DNA of 64,000 bases from Microbotryum violaceum (taxonomy: Eukaryota): contig CDLV01000004.1 of NCBI GenBank assembly GCA_001244265.2, positions 3,410,001-3,474,000 of the forward strand, in the 5' to 3' direction. Position numbers and translations under genes: made by a program. Under the pieces are notes generated by a model that made no database searches, had not been told where the DNA came from, and was given only the letters and a program-made list of their open reading frames with translations. This document shows positions 44,381 to 57,330 of the stretch, piece by piece; within the stretch, counting starts at the first letter, position 1; every line of letters starts with the position of its first letter.

Positions 44381-46331
44381 AGGGTAAAGGGTAACAATTC
44401 AAAGACTTGCTTGAGAGAGGCTTTGGATTGGGGCAAGTCGGTCGGCATCAAGATTCAACCCATCCTTCGACGAAAATGCATGACCATCATTCCTATGATC
44501 GCCGATTTTGCACAACACGTTTTGGGACCGAGAGTCAAATCCTCCGACAAACACAGATGGCAGCAGTCGGTCATTGCCACCGCCAAGGACCAACTCGATT
44601 CCAAGGCGACGGAGCTTTCCCGCAAAAACAAGACGCGTTGGAACTCTATTCACCTTTGCCTTCAGAGCCATGTTCTGTTCTTGAGTGCCATCGACTACTA
44701 TATGGCGCGCAACGACACCCTCAAACATCGTGCACAAATTCACCCTTCCTGATGACGCACTTGATATCGTTATAAAGCTCCTTGACATTGGCGAATACCT
44801 CAAGACCCTGACGGTTCAGTTCCAAGATGCAACGCCTCGCACTTGGGATGTCATCGCCGAGTTCGAACGAGTTGAAGGCATGCTTGACAACAAGGCTCAA
44901 ACCGCTTCTCCCATGGTGCGCACCGCAGCCAAGTCCGCTTTGATTGTTCTGGGCAACTACCACTCGAAGGTTGGCGACGATTCGATTGCTGCATTTGGGT
45001 CGATGTTCTTTCATCCTCGTCACCATCTGCGATTCTTTCAGCGACCTGGAACTGCTTGGGCCGAAATCGATATCAATGAGAAGCAGAAGAAGCTCCATGA
45101 AATCTACAAGAAGGTGTACCTTCCTCTCTATGAGGACATCCCGAAGCTGGTCCTCCGTCCCCGAATGATTCCGATGCTTGCTCCGACCACGATGTGTATG
45201 GTGATGAAGGAGGTGACACACAAGGCTCTCACAACTACTACGAGCCAGATGCCTTCCTCCAGTACTGGGCTAGGGGATGCGTCAGACTGAACAAGAACGA
45301 CGCCTACAAGGGGTGCCCTATCAAGGATTGGGTGACACAACGTGAGGGCAGAAGGCTCTTGCCAAGACGGCAATTGACTTCATCACAATTCCACCAACTG
45401 CGTGCGATGCGGAACGCGCTTTCTCCACCGGCCGCGGGACGATCAACTATATGCAGCACAGCACCTCCGCCGAAGTTCTGAATGCCAAGGTGTGTCTCGG
45501 TAGCTGGGCTAACCCGACCGCTCCTATCTTCGGGGGCACCCCTGAGGGCTTCGCTCGTCATGCCCGACCCATCATCGCGAGTTCAAATGAGAGGAGTCAT
45601 GCTAGCCCCAGCTACTTGCAGCAACTGAGGACCCAACAATCTTTCTTGCAGGCAAGCTCCGTGCTCCATTCAAGCGTGTCGTGGCAAAGAAGAGTTCTTC
45701 GGCAGTCCACAGAGCGAATAAGCGGCAGCGCCACAACATCACTGGAGAATCCTCGCGATCGACCTTGCTCTCGCAAAATTCGCCGATTGAGGAGCTGGAA
45801 CTCTCAGGCATGGACGAAGAGTCGTCTTGAGCGCTACCCAAGTATGCAACAGGGTAAATCTTCGTTTCTCCCATGTACATAATAAGCCCTCAACAACATA
45901 TTTTCTCTTTGTTTCTCTGTTTCTGCTCCTTCATAGATGTTTCAACCGAGTCCTCTAGCTTTCCCTCATTTGCACTTGCTCTCCGTCGTCTGTCAATAGA
46001 ATACAAGGCACGGCTGCCATTCTGCCACTTCGTCGAGTTTTTCTGGCGGCAGCTGGAGAGATCTTGTCATGGCTGCAAAGGCCTTTTGTGTCGAGGACAA
46101 GGGAACAAGGGTCCGCCCTGTCATATCTCTCCACGCACATCTATGCATGCCTCCACACATCTAGTCATCATCTATCAAGTGGCGTTTATCTACGTAGATG
46201 TCCACTAGATATCTATCTTTCATCTATCTGTTCTGCTGTAGATGACAGATCTATAGATAGCCCGAAAAAGGGCAAAATTATAGATAGATAAAAGATATCT
46301 ATGCGCATATCTGATCTAATGCGAAGCCCTG
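44381..46331 (+). mobile_element. 5'-truncated hAT transposon with degraded transposase (coding to ~45882)
   Basis: 'KTRWNS', 'FFHPRH' and the dimerisation motif 'AIDFITIPPTACDAERAFSTG..LGSW'. ATAGAT/ATCTAT subterminal repeats at ~46205-46310. End GCGAAGCCCTG (reverse complement CAGGG) at 46331. Confidence 0.85.
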
Positions 46332-46769
46332 CCCATCTTGGACTATCAATTCCAGCTAGCGAGCGATAGGGTATGATTTGAAAAGCTGCCACATTGCAAG
46401 GTTCTCTTCCGACCATCGAACATCCACCAAATACTTCCGCCGCGCCTCCTCAATCTCATGAGCATTAAATTGGAAACCTTGAACTCGGATCTCTTTGAAC
46501 AGCGCTGTCTTGGCTTCTTCGTCCAGCAGTTCGTCGCCAACTTCCGTTCCTAGGGCATGCTGATCGCCGTCTTGAAGGTGGGTGAGAACAGGCGGCAGCG
46601 TAGCCATCTTGGGCAATGAGAACTGAAGGGGGACCGAAGCAGACGTAAAGCGCCGTCGTCAACTCTCAGCGCTCAGCCACTCGACGCCTCCCAAGGGTTG
46701 AACCACCTAAGAGTTGGAGATTTTTTTTTTTTCGCGGGCAGTGTTGTGTGAATTTTATTTTTTTCCCTG
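46332..46769 (-). mobile_element. Fragment of another element starting CAGGGAAAAAAA that cuts off Gypsy E
   Basis: The integrase of E ends abruptly at 'GKTPF'. A-rich terminal sequence follows, with a short ORF at 46356-46616. Confidence 0.35.
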
Positions 46770-49700
46770 CGCGAAGGGGGTTTTCCCGGTAGCGACATTG
46801 AGAGACGAGTTGATGGCATACTCACAGACAGCAAGGCACTCCGCCCAGTTGGATTGCTCCTTGTTGACGAGAGCTTGAAGAATCTGGAAGGCAGTCTTGT
46901 TCGTTTTCTCGCTGCGACCGTCCGTCTCCGGGTGAAACGCTGAAGAGAGCTGGAGCTTGATATTCAGGCGCTTGTGCAGGGCAGTCCAGAACTTGCTTGT
47001 GAACAGCTTGTCCCGGTCCAAGACAATGCTTTGAGGGAGGCCAAAAAGGCGGTGCCATCCTTCATGGAAGCGCGCGGCAACCTCCGCTGCGGTGTCAGCT
47101 TTGCGGGCAGGGCGCAAACGGACGTATCCCGACAGGCGGTCGGTGATTGTCAACACGCGGTCAAAGCCTTTGTTGGCGGGCAGCGGTCCAATAAAATCGA
47201 TGGCAATGTCGGCCATGGGTCGCGTCGGGACAGGGAGCGAGTGGAGTTTGCCAGCGATGCGAGTGGTACGAGCCTTGGTCCGCTGACAAGAATCACATTG
47301 TTGGACGTAGTGCTTGACGTCCCGGGAAATGTTGGGCCAGAAGTATGCCTGCTGAACGGTTCGGTACGTTTTCATATCACCTAGGTGCCCCTGCGCATCA
47401 TGAGCATTGTGAAGGATGGACTCACAGAGCGGGGCTAGTGATGGAATGATAAGCCGGCCCCGTAAATACAGCAATGCATCAACAATCTTGAATTCCGATG
47501 TGACCGAGCCAATGTTAGACATGGCATGCTGGCAGAATGGGTCGGTCTTGTACGCGTCGAGGATCTGCTGCTTGACAGCATCCGAAAGCTTGACGTGGGA
47601 GACAGCGGCCACTAGGGTGGGCAGTGGGTCGGTGAAAGAGTATCGACTCATGGCGTCGGCTACGATGTTGTCCTCGCCGGGCAGGTATCGAAGGTCGTAA
47701 TCAAATTCGGCCAGGGTGTCCAGCCAACGGGCTTGTCGGCGAGAGAGAATGGTGCGCTGGGTCTGGAAGTGCTTGAGTGTGGAGTGATCAGTGAGGATGT
47801 GGAAGTGGCCGCCAAGCAAGTCAATGCGCCATTCCTTGAGTGCTTCGACAATGGCAAGGAGTTCCTGCTCGTGTGTGGGGTAGCTGCGTTCAGCGGGTAT
47901 GTATTGCCTGGACCAGTACGCCATGGGGCGCCCCACCTTCCACTCCTGACCCTGGAGGAGGACACCACCAATTCCCTGATTGCTTGCATCAGTCATCACC
48001 CAGAACGGAGCGGCGTTGGCGGAGTGGTCGGGCGGCCGAAGGCAGTCAAGTGAGGTGACGATGGCCTTGATGGCTTTGAAGTGGCGGACCTCATTAGGTG
48101 TCCAGAGCGTGGCAATAGATGAGAGTCCTTGGCGCGTCAAGGGAGTCAGTGCGGCGGTGTGCTCAGCAAGGCCAGGGATGAACTTGCAAAGATACTGCAC
48201 CAGCCCGAGGAAACCCCTGAGTTCCTTGACCGTCTTGGGCAGTGACCAGTCTTCAATGCGCTGGATCTTCTTGGGGTCTGCATGCACCCCGGCGCGGCTG
48301 ATGATGTGGCCAAGGAACGAGCACTCCGCAGTGGCAAGGTTGGTTTTGGTTGGCGAGCAATAGAGTTTGGCACGGCACAGCGCATCCAGGACTTGGCAAA
48401 CACGGGCCTCGTGCTCCTCCAGTGTATCCGCAAAGATGGTGACCATGTCGTCAAGGTAGACGAAGCAGATGGTGCCAAGCAGGCCTTGGAGCGCCTCGTT
48501 GACACATTATTGGTGGGTGGCAGGGGCATTGCAGAGGCCCATGGGCATGACGGTCCATTCGTACAAACCCCAAGGTGTGGACACGGCCGTCTTATGGATG
48601 TCTTCCTCCGCCATCTTGGTCTGAAAGAAGGAGTTGGTCATGTCAATCTTGGCCCAGAATTGCGCATTGGAGCACGTCGAGAGAATGTTGTCCGGCAAGG
48701 GCAGAGGCGTGCGGTCTTTGATGGTGTGCTTGTTGAGCTCGCGGTAGTCGTTCACCCAGCGCGGGGCGCTCGTGGGATCCACGTCGCAGCCCTTCTTTGG
48801 GATGATGAACGAGGGTGACGAGTATGCCGACCGAGAGGGGCGGAGGCGACCGGCCGCGAGATGTTCCTGTAGTAGTAAGTACCATGCCTTGCGATACTTC
48901 TTCGGGAGGGGTATCCTCGAAGGTTGACAACAGTGGACGGAGTGTCAAGCTCAATACGGTGTCGCACCGGGGATTGGTACAAGTGTACAGGCGGGATATC
49001 CGCAGGAAAACGGTCGGCAAACTCCGCTCGGAGGCGATGGTCAAGCGCGGCAAGGCGGAGCTGCTCCTCGTCGTCAGAAACCGGAGCAATTGCGGCAACC
49101 CGCGCGGCAGCGCACAGCTGGGACGACAGCGCCAGCAGGTCTATAGCGTGTATGGGGTTGGCTTTGCAGGTGAGGTGTGGCTGAGGGAAGAGGCCGAGCT
49201 CCATCTTGTGCCGATAGATGAAGTTGCCTCCCAAGATGATTGCAAGGTCCTTCCCAAGGGGCGCTACCTCGGCGTACGTCGGTCCTGCGGCCCAGAGCCC
49301 ATTGGCCAGCTCGAGCGGGATTTGAACAAAGTGCGTGCAGGTGACGACAGTGGGGGCTTGGTTTTGCATTGCAAGGGTGTACTTCGAATGCTGTTCCAGG
49401 GCGCGCCGTTCCAAACCCAGTTGCTGAACAAGCTCCTCACTTAGAAACGTTTGAGGCAATCCCGAATCGACTAGGGCAGAGGCAAGGAGAGTACCATGAG
49501 CGCCGGCTAGGGAGACGGGTAAGGGGGAAAGGGATGCGGTGCGTACGAAGGATCGTTGTCGTCCTCCGAGTCGCTGCTGAGGCCGGCGAACACGGTTGAA
49601 TCGCCAGTTTCTTGGAAGGTCCGAATGGCCGCCACCATACGGGGCCCGGGGCGAGGCGCAGGAGCGGTCGACGTTGGCGTCGACGGAGTGGCGGACGCTC

Positions 49701-49914
49701 CCATGGGTGACAAGTAGCGGGGGCAGTTGCGCGAGATGTGGTCGGCGTTGAGAGTGCGGCAGCGATAGCATCCGTGGTTCTGGTCCAGGTACGTGCGCTC
49801 GTCGACGGTGAGTCGGGCGACGGGGCGGGGGCCACCCGTGATCGGGGAATGGCCGGTAGCAGCTGTCGCAACGTGGGGTGCAGCCGAGGCTGCAGCGGGT
49901 CGCGAGTACGTGGG
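46770..49914 (-). mobile_element. Ty3/Gypsy element E (third family), 3' part: gag end, PR, RT, RH, IN; degraded and truncated
   Basis: CYRC..H..C knuckle, [24 protein letters not shown] core. Stop at 48507-48509. No 3' LTR. Confidence 0.93.
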
Positions 49915-52900
49915 TGTAATACACCCCGTTGGAGTGTACACCTGAGCGACGACGACAAGGATCACAGGACCAAAGTATGTAGAATTGACACTGGACACTC
50001 GTATCAGTCGCTGGAGAGAGACTAAGAGTGCCCAGGCGCGCGTCCCCTCTTCCTAAGGCCCAGGCGCACGGGCCTTACACTCTCCACCACCTAAACCAAA
50101 CTCCCCTCCCTCCTTTCCTTGTCCTCCCCCGCCTTCCCACTCTCCCACTCTTCCAACGCTGCGGTGTCTTCCAGGTGTGAGCATGGCTCCCATGTGTTGT
50201 CGCTCTCTGCCCACCCCTTCCATTTCACCAAGAACCTCTTCCTTGACCCCTTCCCCTTTTCGTCCACAATCCGTTCTACCTCCCACTCCTCGTTTCCTTG
50301 GACGATAATGGCCGCTGGTTCCGTTGCCTCTCGTCCTGGGAACACCACCCCATTGTTCTTTACCCAGCATCGGAGCTTGGAGGCGTGGAAGACGTTGTGC
50401 GACTTGTCCCCCGCCTTGAGCTTCAGCTTGTAATTTGAGGTTTCGGGTCGTGCTGCTAGGACTTCGTAGGGGCCGTCAAACCGGGGAAAGAGTTTGGCTG
50501 GCCGTGCTTCCCCATCGGCCTTGTACCGCAGTCGTCGATCCCGCGAGTTGACTAAGACCATGTCGCCAACTGCAAACCCGGGCTCCGGTTTCCTCGCCTT
50601 GTTGCTCTGGTTGGCCTGTCGGATCTTTGCAATTGCCAAATTGTCTCGGGCTTCCGCAACCGCTGCTTCACGTTGTTCCACAATGGATTTGACTGCCTGT
50701 GACGTGGTTGAGCCCTCCACTGGGGTGATCGGTGTCAGCTCCGGCGTGAACCCAAGTACCACTTCAAATGGCGTCTTCCCCGTCGACCTGTTCATACTGG
50801 AGTTGATCACAAACTCCACCGTAGCCAAGTGCTTTGACCAGTCATTTTGCCGTCGGTTGACCATTGTTCGCAGGACTTGGATCACGGTCCGATTTGTTCG
50901 CTCGCTTCGGCCATCCGTTTGTGGGTGGAAAGACGTCGATGTTGCCAGTTTCGTTCCCAGCTGGCCCATGTACGCTCGCCAGAACTCGCTTGTGAAGAGC
51001 TTGTCGCGGTCGGAGACCAGCACTCGTGGCATGCCGAAGTGTCGATGCCACCCCTCAAAGAACCGGTCCGCCGTGGTAGTCGCGTCGTCCGTCGTGCGGC
51101 AGGGGATGAGGCGAACGTAGCCTGAAAGGCGATCTGTTACCGTAAGCAGTGCGTCATTACCATTGCTAGGTACAAGTGGCCCGACAAAGTCTAGGCCAAC
51201 TTCCCGCATTGGCCGGTCAGGCACATTCAAATTGTGGATCCGACCGGCAAAACCGGTGCCATGCATCTTCATTGTCTGACAAGCAGCACAGGACTCAACG
51301 TAATCTTTGCATGCATCCTTCATTCCCGACCAGATAAAGTTGCGGCGCAGGTGTTCGTACGTCTTGTGTAGTCCAAAATGGCACGCAGCGTCATGTGCGT
51401 CATGTAGCGCGTCCTCCCAAAAGTTCCCCGTCTTTGGCAGGAGGATCCGTCCCTCAAACCATGCGATTCCATTGTCGACTGAGTAGGCTGGTGTTGAGTC
51501 GATGTTCTTGATAGCTTGTTGACATTGCGAGTCCTTGCGGTAACCGTCCCTGAGTTTGCGAAGGAAGGCCGGATCGAGAGTTGCCTCCGCCAGCACGTTG
51601 ACATTGTCGCTTGCCTGGCGGCCGGCTGTGGGTTCCTCCGGGAAAGAGTAACGACTCAATGCATCAGCCACTGTGTTCTCTGGACCTCGTACATATACAA
51701 TCTCGAAGTCGTAATCGGCCAGTCGTTCGGTCCATCGAGCTTGTCGTCGTGAAAGGCTTGGTTGCTTCATGAAGCCCGCCAAGGAGTGGTGGTCTGTGAG
51801 GATCTTGAATTGAACACCCAAAAGGTCCGCCCGCCAGTGATGAAGGGCGTCCACAATTGCAAGCAATTCCATCTCGTGGGCTGCATAGTTGCCTTCCGCT
51901 GGGTTGTACTGTCGTGACCAATAGCCTGCCGGCATGGCCGTCTGCCATTGCTTTCCTTGACTGAGTGCCGCCCCGATTCCCCGATTGCTCGCGTCCGTCA
52001 TCAGCCATAATGGGTCGCCCTTGTCGGAATGGTCAATGGGATGTAGAGAAGGAAGGTTGCCCACCAAGGACTTGATTGCCTCAAACGCCTTGTCGTGCTC
52101 TCCCGTCCAGCCTTCGTCGACATGCACCCCTTTCCGTGTCAGCGGGACTAAAACCGCCGTCAAATCCGCAAGCTTGTCGATGAACTTCCGCAGATACTGC
52201 ACCAGACCTAGGAATCCCCGCAATTGCTTCACCGTCCTTGGTCGCGGCCACTGTTGGATCCGCTCCACCTTGTCAGGATTGACCTTGATGCCTTCCCGAG
52301 TGATCTGGTGGCCGAGGAAAAAGCACTCGGCAGCAAACAGTTCCGTCTTCTTTGGCGATACGTACAGATCCGCCCGTCTCAGCGCCTCCAGGACTAGTCG
52401 CACCCGTCGTTCATGTTCCTCCAAGGTGTCGGCAAAGATTGTGATGTCATCGAGGTACACGAAACACACGCTCCCGATAAGGTCTCCGAGTGCCTCGTTG
52501 ACTCGGCGCTGATGCGTTGCCGGGGCGTTGCAGAGTCCCATTGGCATTACCGTCCACTCGTACAATCCCCACGGTGTCACAATCGCCGTCTTCCGGATGT
52601 CTTCCTCGGCCATCTTGGTTTGGAAGAAGGAGTTTTTCATGTCGATCTTCCCCAGAATCGCGCGTTTGAGCAGACCGACAGAATCTTGTCCGGAAGTGGT
52701 AGAGGTGTGCGATCTCGGACCGTCCCTTCGTTGAGTACTCGGTAGTCACAGACCATGCGTGGTTGGATTGACGGGTCCTTATCCATACCTTTCTTTGGGA
52801 TGACAAACGCCGGGGATGCGAACTCTGATGACGACTTTCGAAGGCGGCCGTTGGCGACGTGCTGATCAATCAGGCGCTTCCAGGCTTCCCGGTAACGGTG

Positions 52901-54943
52901 TGCCGCTCGATAACCCTTCAAGTTCGGTTTTGTTGCTCCGTCCTTCAGCTCGATTCGGTGTCGGACCGGTGATTCATACGTCGAAACCGGAGGAATATCC
53001 CCCGGGAACCGATCCGCAAACTCGACCCGTAGCTTTGCCTCCCGCCGTCGCAACTCCGTCAACTCCGTTTCCCTTTGCTGGACCCCGTCGATGTAGGCAA
53101 TCAATGCACGCCAGTTGATCCGAGCTTTATCGCTTCGTTTGGCATTCCTCGCCGCGGCTCGCTGGGGTGGGGTCCGAAGACCGGCGCAAGAAGGTCGATC
53201 TTTACGTCAGGCATGGTCGGATGTGGCACCAGGATCTTGTGTGCCGCGAAGTCGATGGTAACCTTGTGTTTTACAAGGAAGTTGAACCCCAGTACCACTT
53301 CCAAGGGCTCCTGCAGTTTAGCCACCTTCAGAATCGTGTGTCCCGCTTCCCATGCGCCATTCTCGAGCGTGATCGGAATCTTTACGAACGAGGTAACGTG
53401 AAACGCGCGTGCTTGGCCTTTGATTGCAGTTTTGACCAATGTAGGAACAGGGAGACGATGCACAACTAACCCCAGTTTCTCAACCACCTTATCTGCGATA
53501 AAGGAGGAAGAGGCCCCGGAGTCAGCAAGTGCCTGCAACGTCTTTAAATTTGTGTCGTTGTGCAGAGTGATGGGGATGGTGGAGATGAACTGAGGGGCGT
53601 ACTCGTTTTCTTCATCCGTTGAGATGTCGTCTTCTGAGTTTTCCGCAATCTGATGGAGGATGTCGTTCTTGGCCGCTTTCGCCTTCTTCTTTTCGAACTT
53701 GGCCCACCCCTCCGGGACATCCGGTGCCTGCTGCCAGTTGACTGTACAGTCGCTCGCGCGGTGATCCGTGTTGATGCGTCTGCAGCTAAAGCATCCCTCC
53801 TTCCCCGAGAGATAATCCTTCATCGGGTCCGTGAGTCTCGTCGGCCTGCGTCGAGTGGTCGCCGAGGTCACAAAAGGTCGGCCAGAGCTGGTCTTTGGGC
53901 TCGTAGTCGAGGTCTGCGTTCGGGGAGTTGCTACAGGACGAACCGCTATGATCACATTCCATTGGGATCTTGCCAATCGCTCGAACACCTCGTAAGATAA
54001 TGTCTTGAGCTTGGGGAGCGCCGCCTTTGAAGCCGCCACGTAGTCTAAATCATCTTGGTGTAGGCCAGTACCCAACAGAAGGTCGTTCTGTCGTAGAACA
54101 ACGCTCAATTGAGGGTCCATGTTGAACAGTAGGATCTTGATGAACTCAATGTCGCTGAGGGCGGTCTGGCCGAGCTGCAGCTGTGAGGCCCGAAGTCCCG
54201 AAGCCCACGTCGCGTAGTCGTGGTTGCCTTGGTGGCTGTGGCGAATACGCTGCTCTGTCGTGAAGGCGAAATCCAAGGGTAGTGCCTTGCGGATGAAGGC
54301 GACCTTAAGCTCGTCCCACGTGCGTTCCTCCGTCGCCGTCACCAGCCAATCCTTGAGCGCCTCGTGTTCAATGTGGTTGGCGATGAACATTATCTTTAGT
54401 CGCATGTTCTTCACTTGGTACTGGAAGAACATGTTGTCCATGTCGTTGAGGAATGCGCGGATCGAGGAGAGAGTGAGTTTCGTGCCGTTCGCAAGCTTGG
54501 GCGCGCTGAGCTTCATGCCCCTTGGCATCGTTGCAACCTCCTGTTCATCGTCCGAGCTGTCCTCCCTTTCCTCTGGTGCCGATGGTGGCGCTGGTTGGGC
54601 GGTGGAGTTCTTGCCACGCGCCATGTTCGTCTGTTACCGTTCGTTGTCGTTTGTTCGTTCCGTGGGTGTGTCGCTGGCGCACGTGGCAGTGTGCGTCTTT
54701 GACCGGTGTGAAAAAAAAAGTGTAATACACCCCGTTGGAGTGTACACCTGAGCGACGACGACAAGGATCACAGGACCAAAGTATGTAGAATTGACACTGG
54801 ACACTCGTATCAGTTGCTGGTATGACAATGCCTTCTGATCCACCTTGTGCTCACCTGGACACTCGTATCAGTCGCTGGAGAGAGACTAAGAGTGCCCAGG
54901 CGCGCGTCCCCTCTTCCTAAGGCCCAGGCGCACGGGCCTTACA
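49915..54943 (-). mobile_element. Full-length Ty3/Gypsy copy D (near-identical to C), inserted in the gag of E
   Basis: 5' LTR 54721-54943 (223 bp), 3' LTR 49915-50079 (165 bp). TSD GTGGG at 49910-49914 and 54944-54948. Confidence 0.98.
50091..54624 (-). CDS. Gag-Pol-chromodomain polyprotein of D (two 1-nt homopolymer frameshifts relative to C)
   Basis: ORFs 53101-54624, 52637-53104 and 50091-52640 match the protein of C almost residue for residue. Confidence 0.9.
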
Positions 54944-56254
54944 GTGGGGCGCTGTTGTAGCGCACTGACCTGGGTCGCAATGGCTTGGCGTCGCTGCGCA
55001 ATGACGCTCCATTCCTCGCGACCAATCCTCTCAAAGACTTGGTAATCGAACTCGAGAGGTTGGTCCGTGTGTGCGTCACTAAAAACCTCAGCGGCCTCCG
55101 GACTGGTAGGGACCACCGGAGCGTCGAGGGCAAGCTTCTCGAGCGAGAGGTCCGACCAGCCAGCCAGCAACGAGACCATGTGGGTGCGGAGGATCCGGCA
55201 GAGTTCCGGATCGGTGCCCAGGAGAACCAGCTTGGCCACTTCTTGGTCGGAGACAACCTGGAAGCCAATCTCTATTTGCAGTGAGCGCATCTGATCGGAG
55301 AATTCCTGAAAGGCGTTGATGTCGTGGCCGGGGGCTTGGCATAGACGGTGGAGTTCGGCGAGCTGGGTCCAGACGAAGTCCGCTGGTACAGCCCGGCGAA
55401 TCAGTTCCGACTTGAACTGAGCGTATGGCTTTGCAAGGTGCTTGCTCAGGCCCTGGGTGAACCAGGTCTTGAGCGCAAAGACCTGCAACCCCATACCGGC
55501 CCCCTCGATCTTATTGTAGTCGCTTGTGATGGGTGTATGGGCAATGCGACGGTTGTAGAAGTCCAGACGCATGAAGTATTCGCGCAAGGCCTCCATCAAG
55601 GTGCTATGGAGTTGGGGAGGGTCATTGGGTTTATACGTGGGGCTGTGGCTGGGGGCGGTGGGCGTGGGCATGGTGCGCGGGGACGGTGCGATGTTGGCTG
55701 GTGAGGCGTGCGAAGGCGGTGCGTGTGTGGGCGTGCTGGGGTTGCTGGGCGTGCTGGGCAGTGCTCGGCTGGGCTGTGCTGGGGCTGGGAGTCTGCGTGC
55801 TATGGTTGTGGGATCGGCTTGCCTCGACCGATCTGGGCTAGTCGATGGGTTCGATGGTTCGACTACGGCCGGGCCTCATGAACGTAGGCCGTATCATCGG
55901 GGTACCAATGAACTCCAGTACTCACCTAGCTTCTGGTGTCAGCCCAATGGGGAGGGAACTGAAGAAGGTAGGTGCGCGCAATCTCTATTTCTAATACCTG
56001 TGGCCCGTAGTAAGGCACGCGCCTTACATACCGCACCTCCCGTATATATATCCCTACGGGAAATCCGCGCAACCGCAGTTGACCGCGGTTGGACAATTGC
56101 GCCAAAGTTAACCGCAGTTCAACGTTCAACTGCGGGCATTGTGGTCGGACCGCAGTGCCCGCGGTTGCACAGATTACCAACTGCGGTTGCAACTGCACAA
56201 GGTCGCCAACTTGGGAATGCTCCATTACGCCCTGCAATTCTCAGTTGGCTCACA
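54944..56254 (-). mobile_element. Gypsy E 5' part: LTR and gag N-terminus
   Basis: Gag ORF from 55671 rejoins in frame across D ('QQRPT|YSRPAAA'). The LTR starts TGTGAG at 56254 with TATATATA near 56043-56050. The inner LTR boundary was not resolved. Confidence 0.8.
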
Positions 56255-56459
56255 GACTAAGGAGAACAGCCTGACTTTGAGACGTTATCTAGTGCAGCAA
56301 ACAACTCGTGATATAGTCTTGAGTGGTGCTCTAATTACATACATCAACCTAAGAATGTGTAACATCTCCAGATTCGAAGATGTGGTGGTCTTGGAATTGG
56401 ACAAGGTTTCTAAAGGATTGAGGCTAATGAGCAATTGGAAAAGCTGCACCCCTGTATCT

Positions 56460-57330
56460 TCAACCGGATGACCAAATGGAGAGCACTCTGCCTGGTGTCA
56501 GTGCCAGGTGTTGACTTGGCGCAGAGGGGTCGCAGTTGAATGTGGAAACACAGATATCACATATGTGTCGGGAGCTGTTACAGCTGGCCCTGCACCTTGC
56601 GCAAGCTGGGCCGCGGTGGGAGGCGACCGCATTGTATTTGGGATGATGGACACAAGTTGGCGGAGACGCTTGACGCCGATCAGGCTGAGGGTGCAAGGAC
56701 CATCTACATTGACTCTCTTGTACAGCCCCCGGATGTCCATGGCAACTGGGAAGACATTGACCAATGAAAGCAATTGCTTCTCCTTCAGCGTCATTATACC
56801 TAGCTCGACAAAACACACAACTTGCCGGCGCGCTGTGAATTGTCGGCCTCCATTGACATCTGTGGATCCCAGATTCACTGTCAAGAATCTCTTTGCTGAC
56901 ATCAGATGTGATGAGTTGATTTGGTGGTACTCACTCGCACAGATCTAGCCGTCTTGCAGTTGACGGTGCCTTGCGTGTTTTGCATCTCGTTACCGGATCC
57001 GAGCAACGTGACTGCCAATGCACCTGCACCCTCAAGGCGCCGTCATCCTTCGTCGAGCGAGCTGCCAAAGTCCATCGCATAGATGGTTCTTGGTGTAGTC
57101 GTTTGCATTCGACCCCAGAGAGTTATCGACGTGACACTGCCTCCGTGGAAGACTGCGACCTTGTCGGTCAAGTTGACAAAATTTTGCGAAGGGCGTTGCG
57201 CCATTTTCTTGAGCGTGTGCAGCTTGTAGCCCGGCAGCTGGGCATGCAAGGCATGACCCCTCGGCAAAATGTCCCAGAGATCATCCATTGTAGGTATGTT
57301 GTACTTTAGTCAGAGGATCATCTTCATGTT
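56460..57330 (-). mobile_element. C-terminal part of CACTA transposase 2, downstream of Copia G
   Basis: The frame resumes across the ATGTT TSD ('MRN|MKMIL*LKYNIPTMDDLWDILP'). ORFs 57043-57288 and 56498-56902. Confidence 0.6.

Noticed and set aside
44379-44394. Telomere-like TTAGGGTAAAGGGTAA
   Set aside because: Only one TTAGGG unit, formed at a TE junction inside hAT coding sequence.
49507-49530. Separate gag and pol ORFs in E
   Set aside because: Adding one C to the homopolymer gives 'YAPHPFPPLPVSL', matching the single-ORF junction of B and C.
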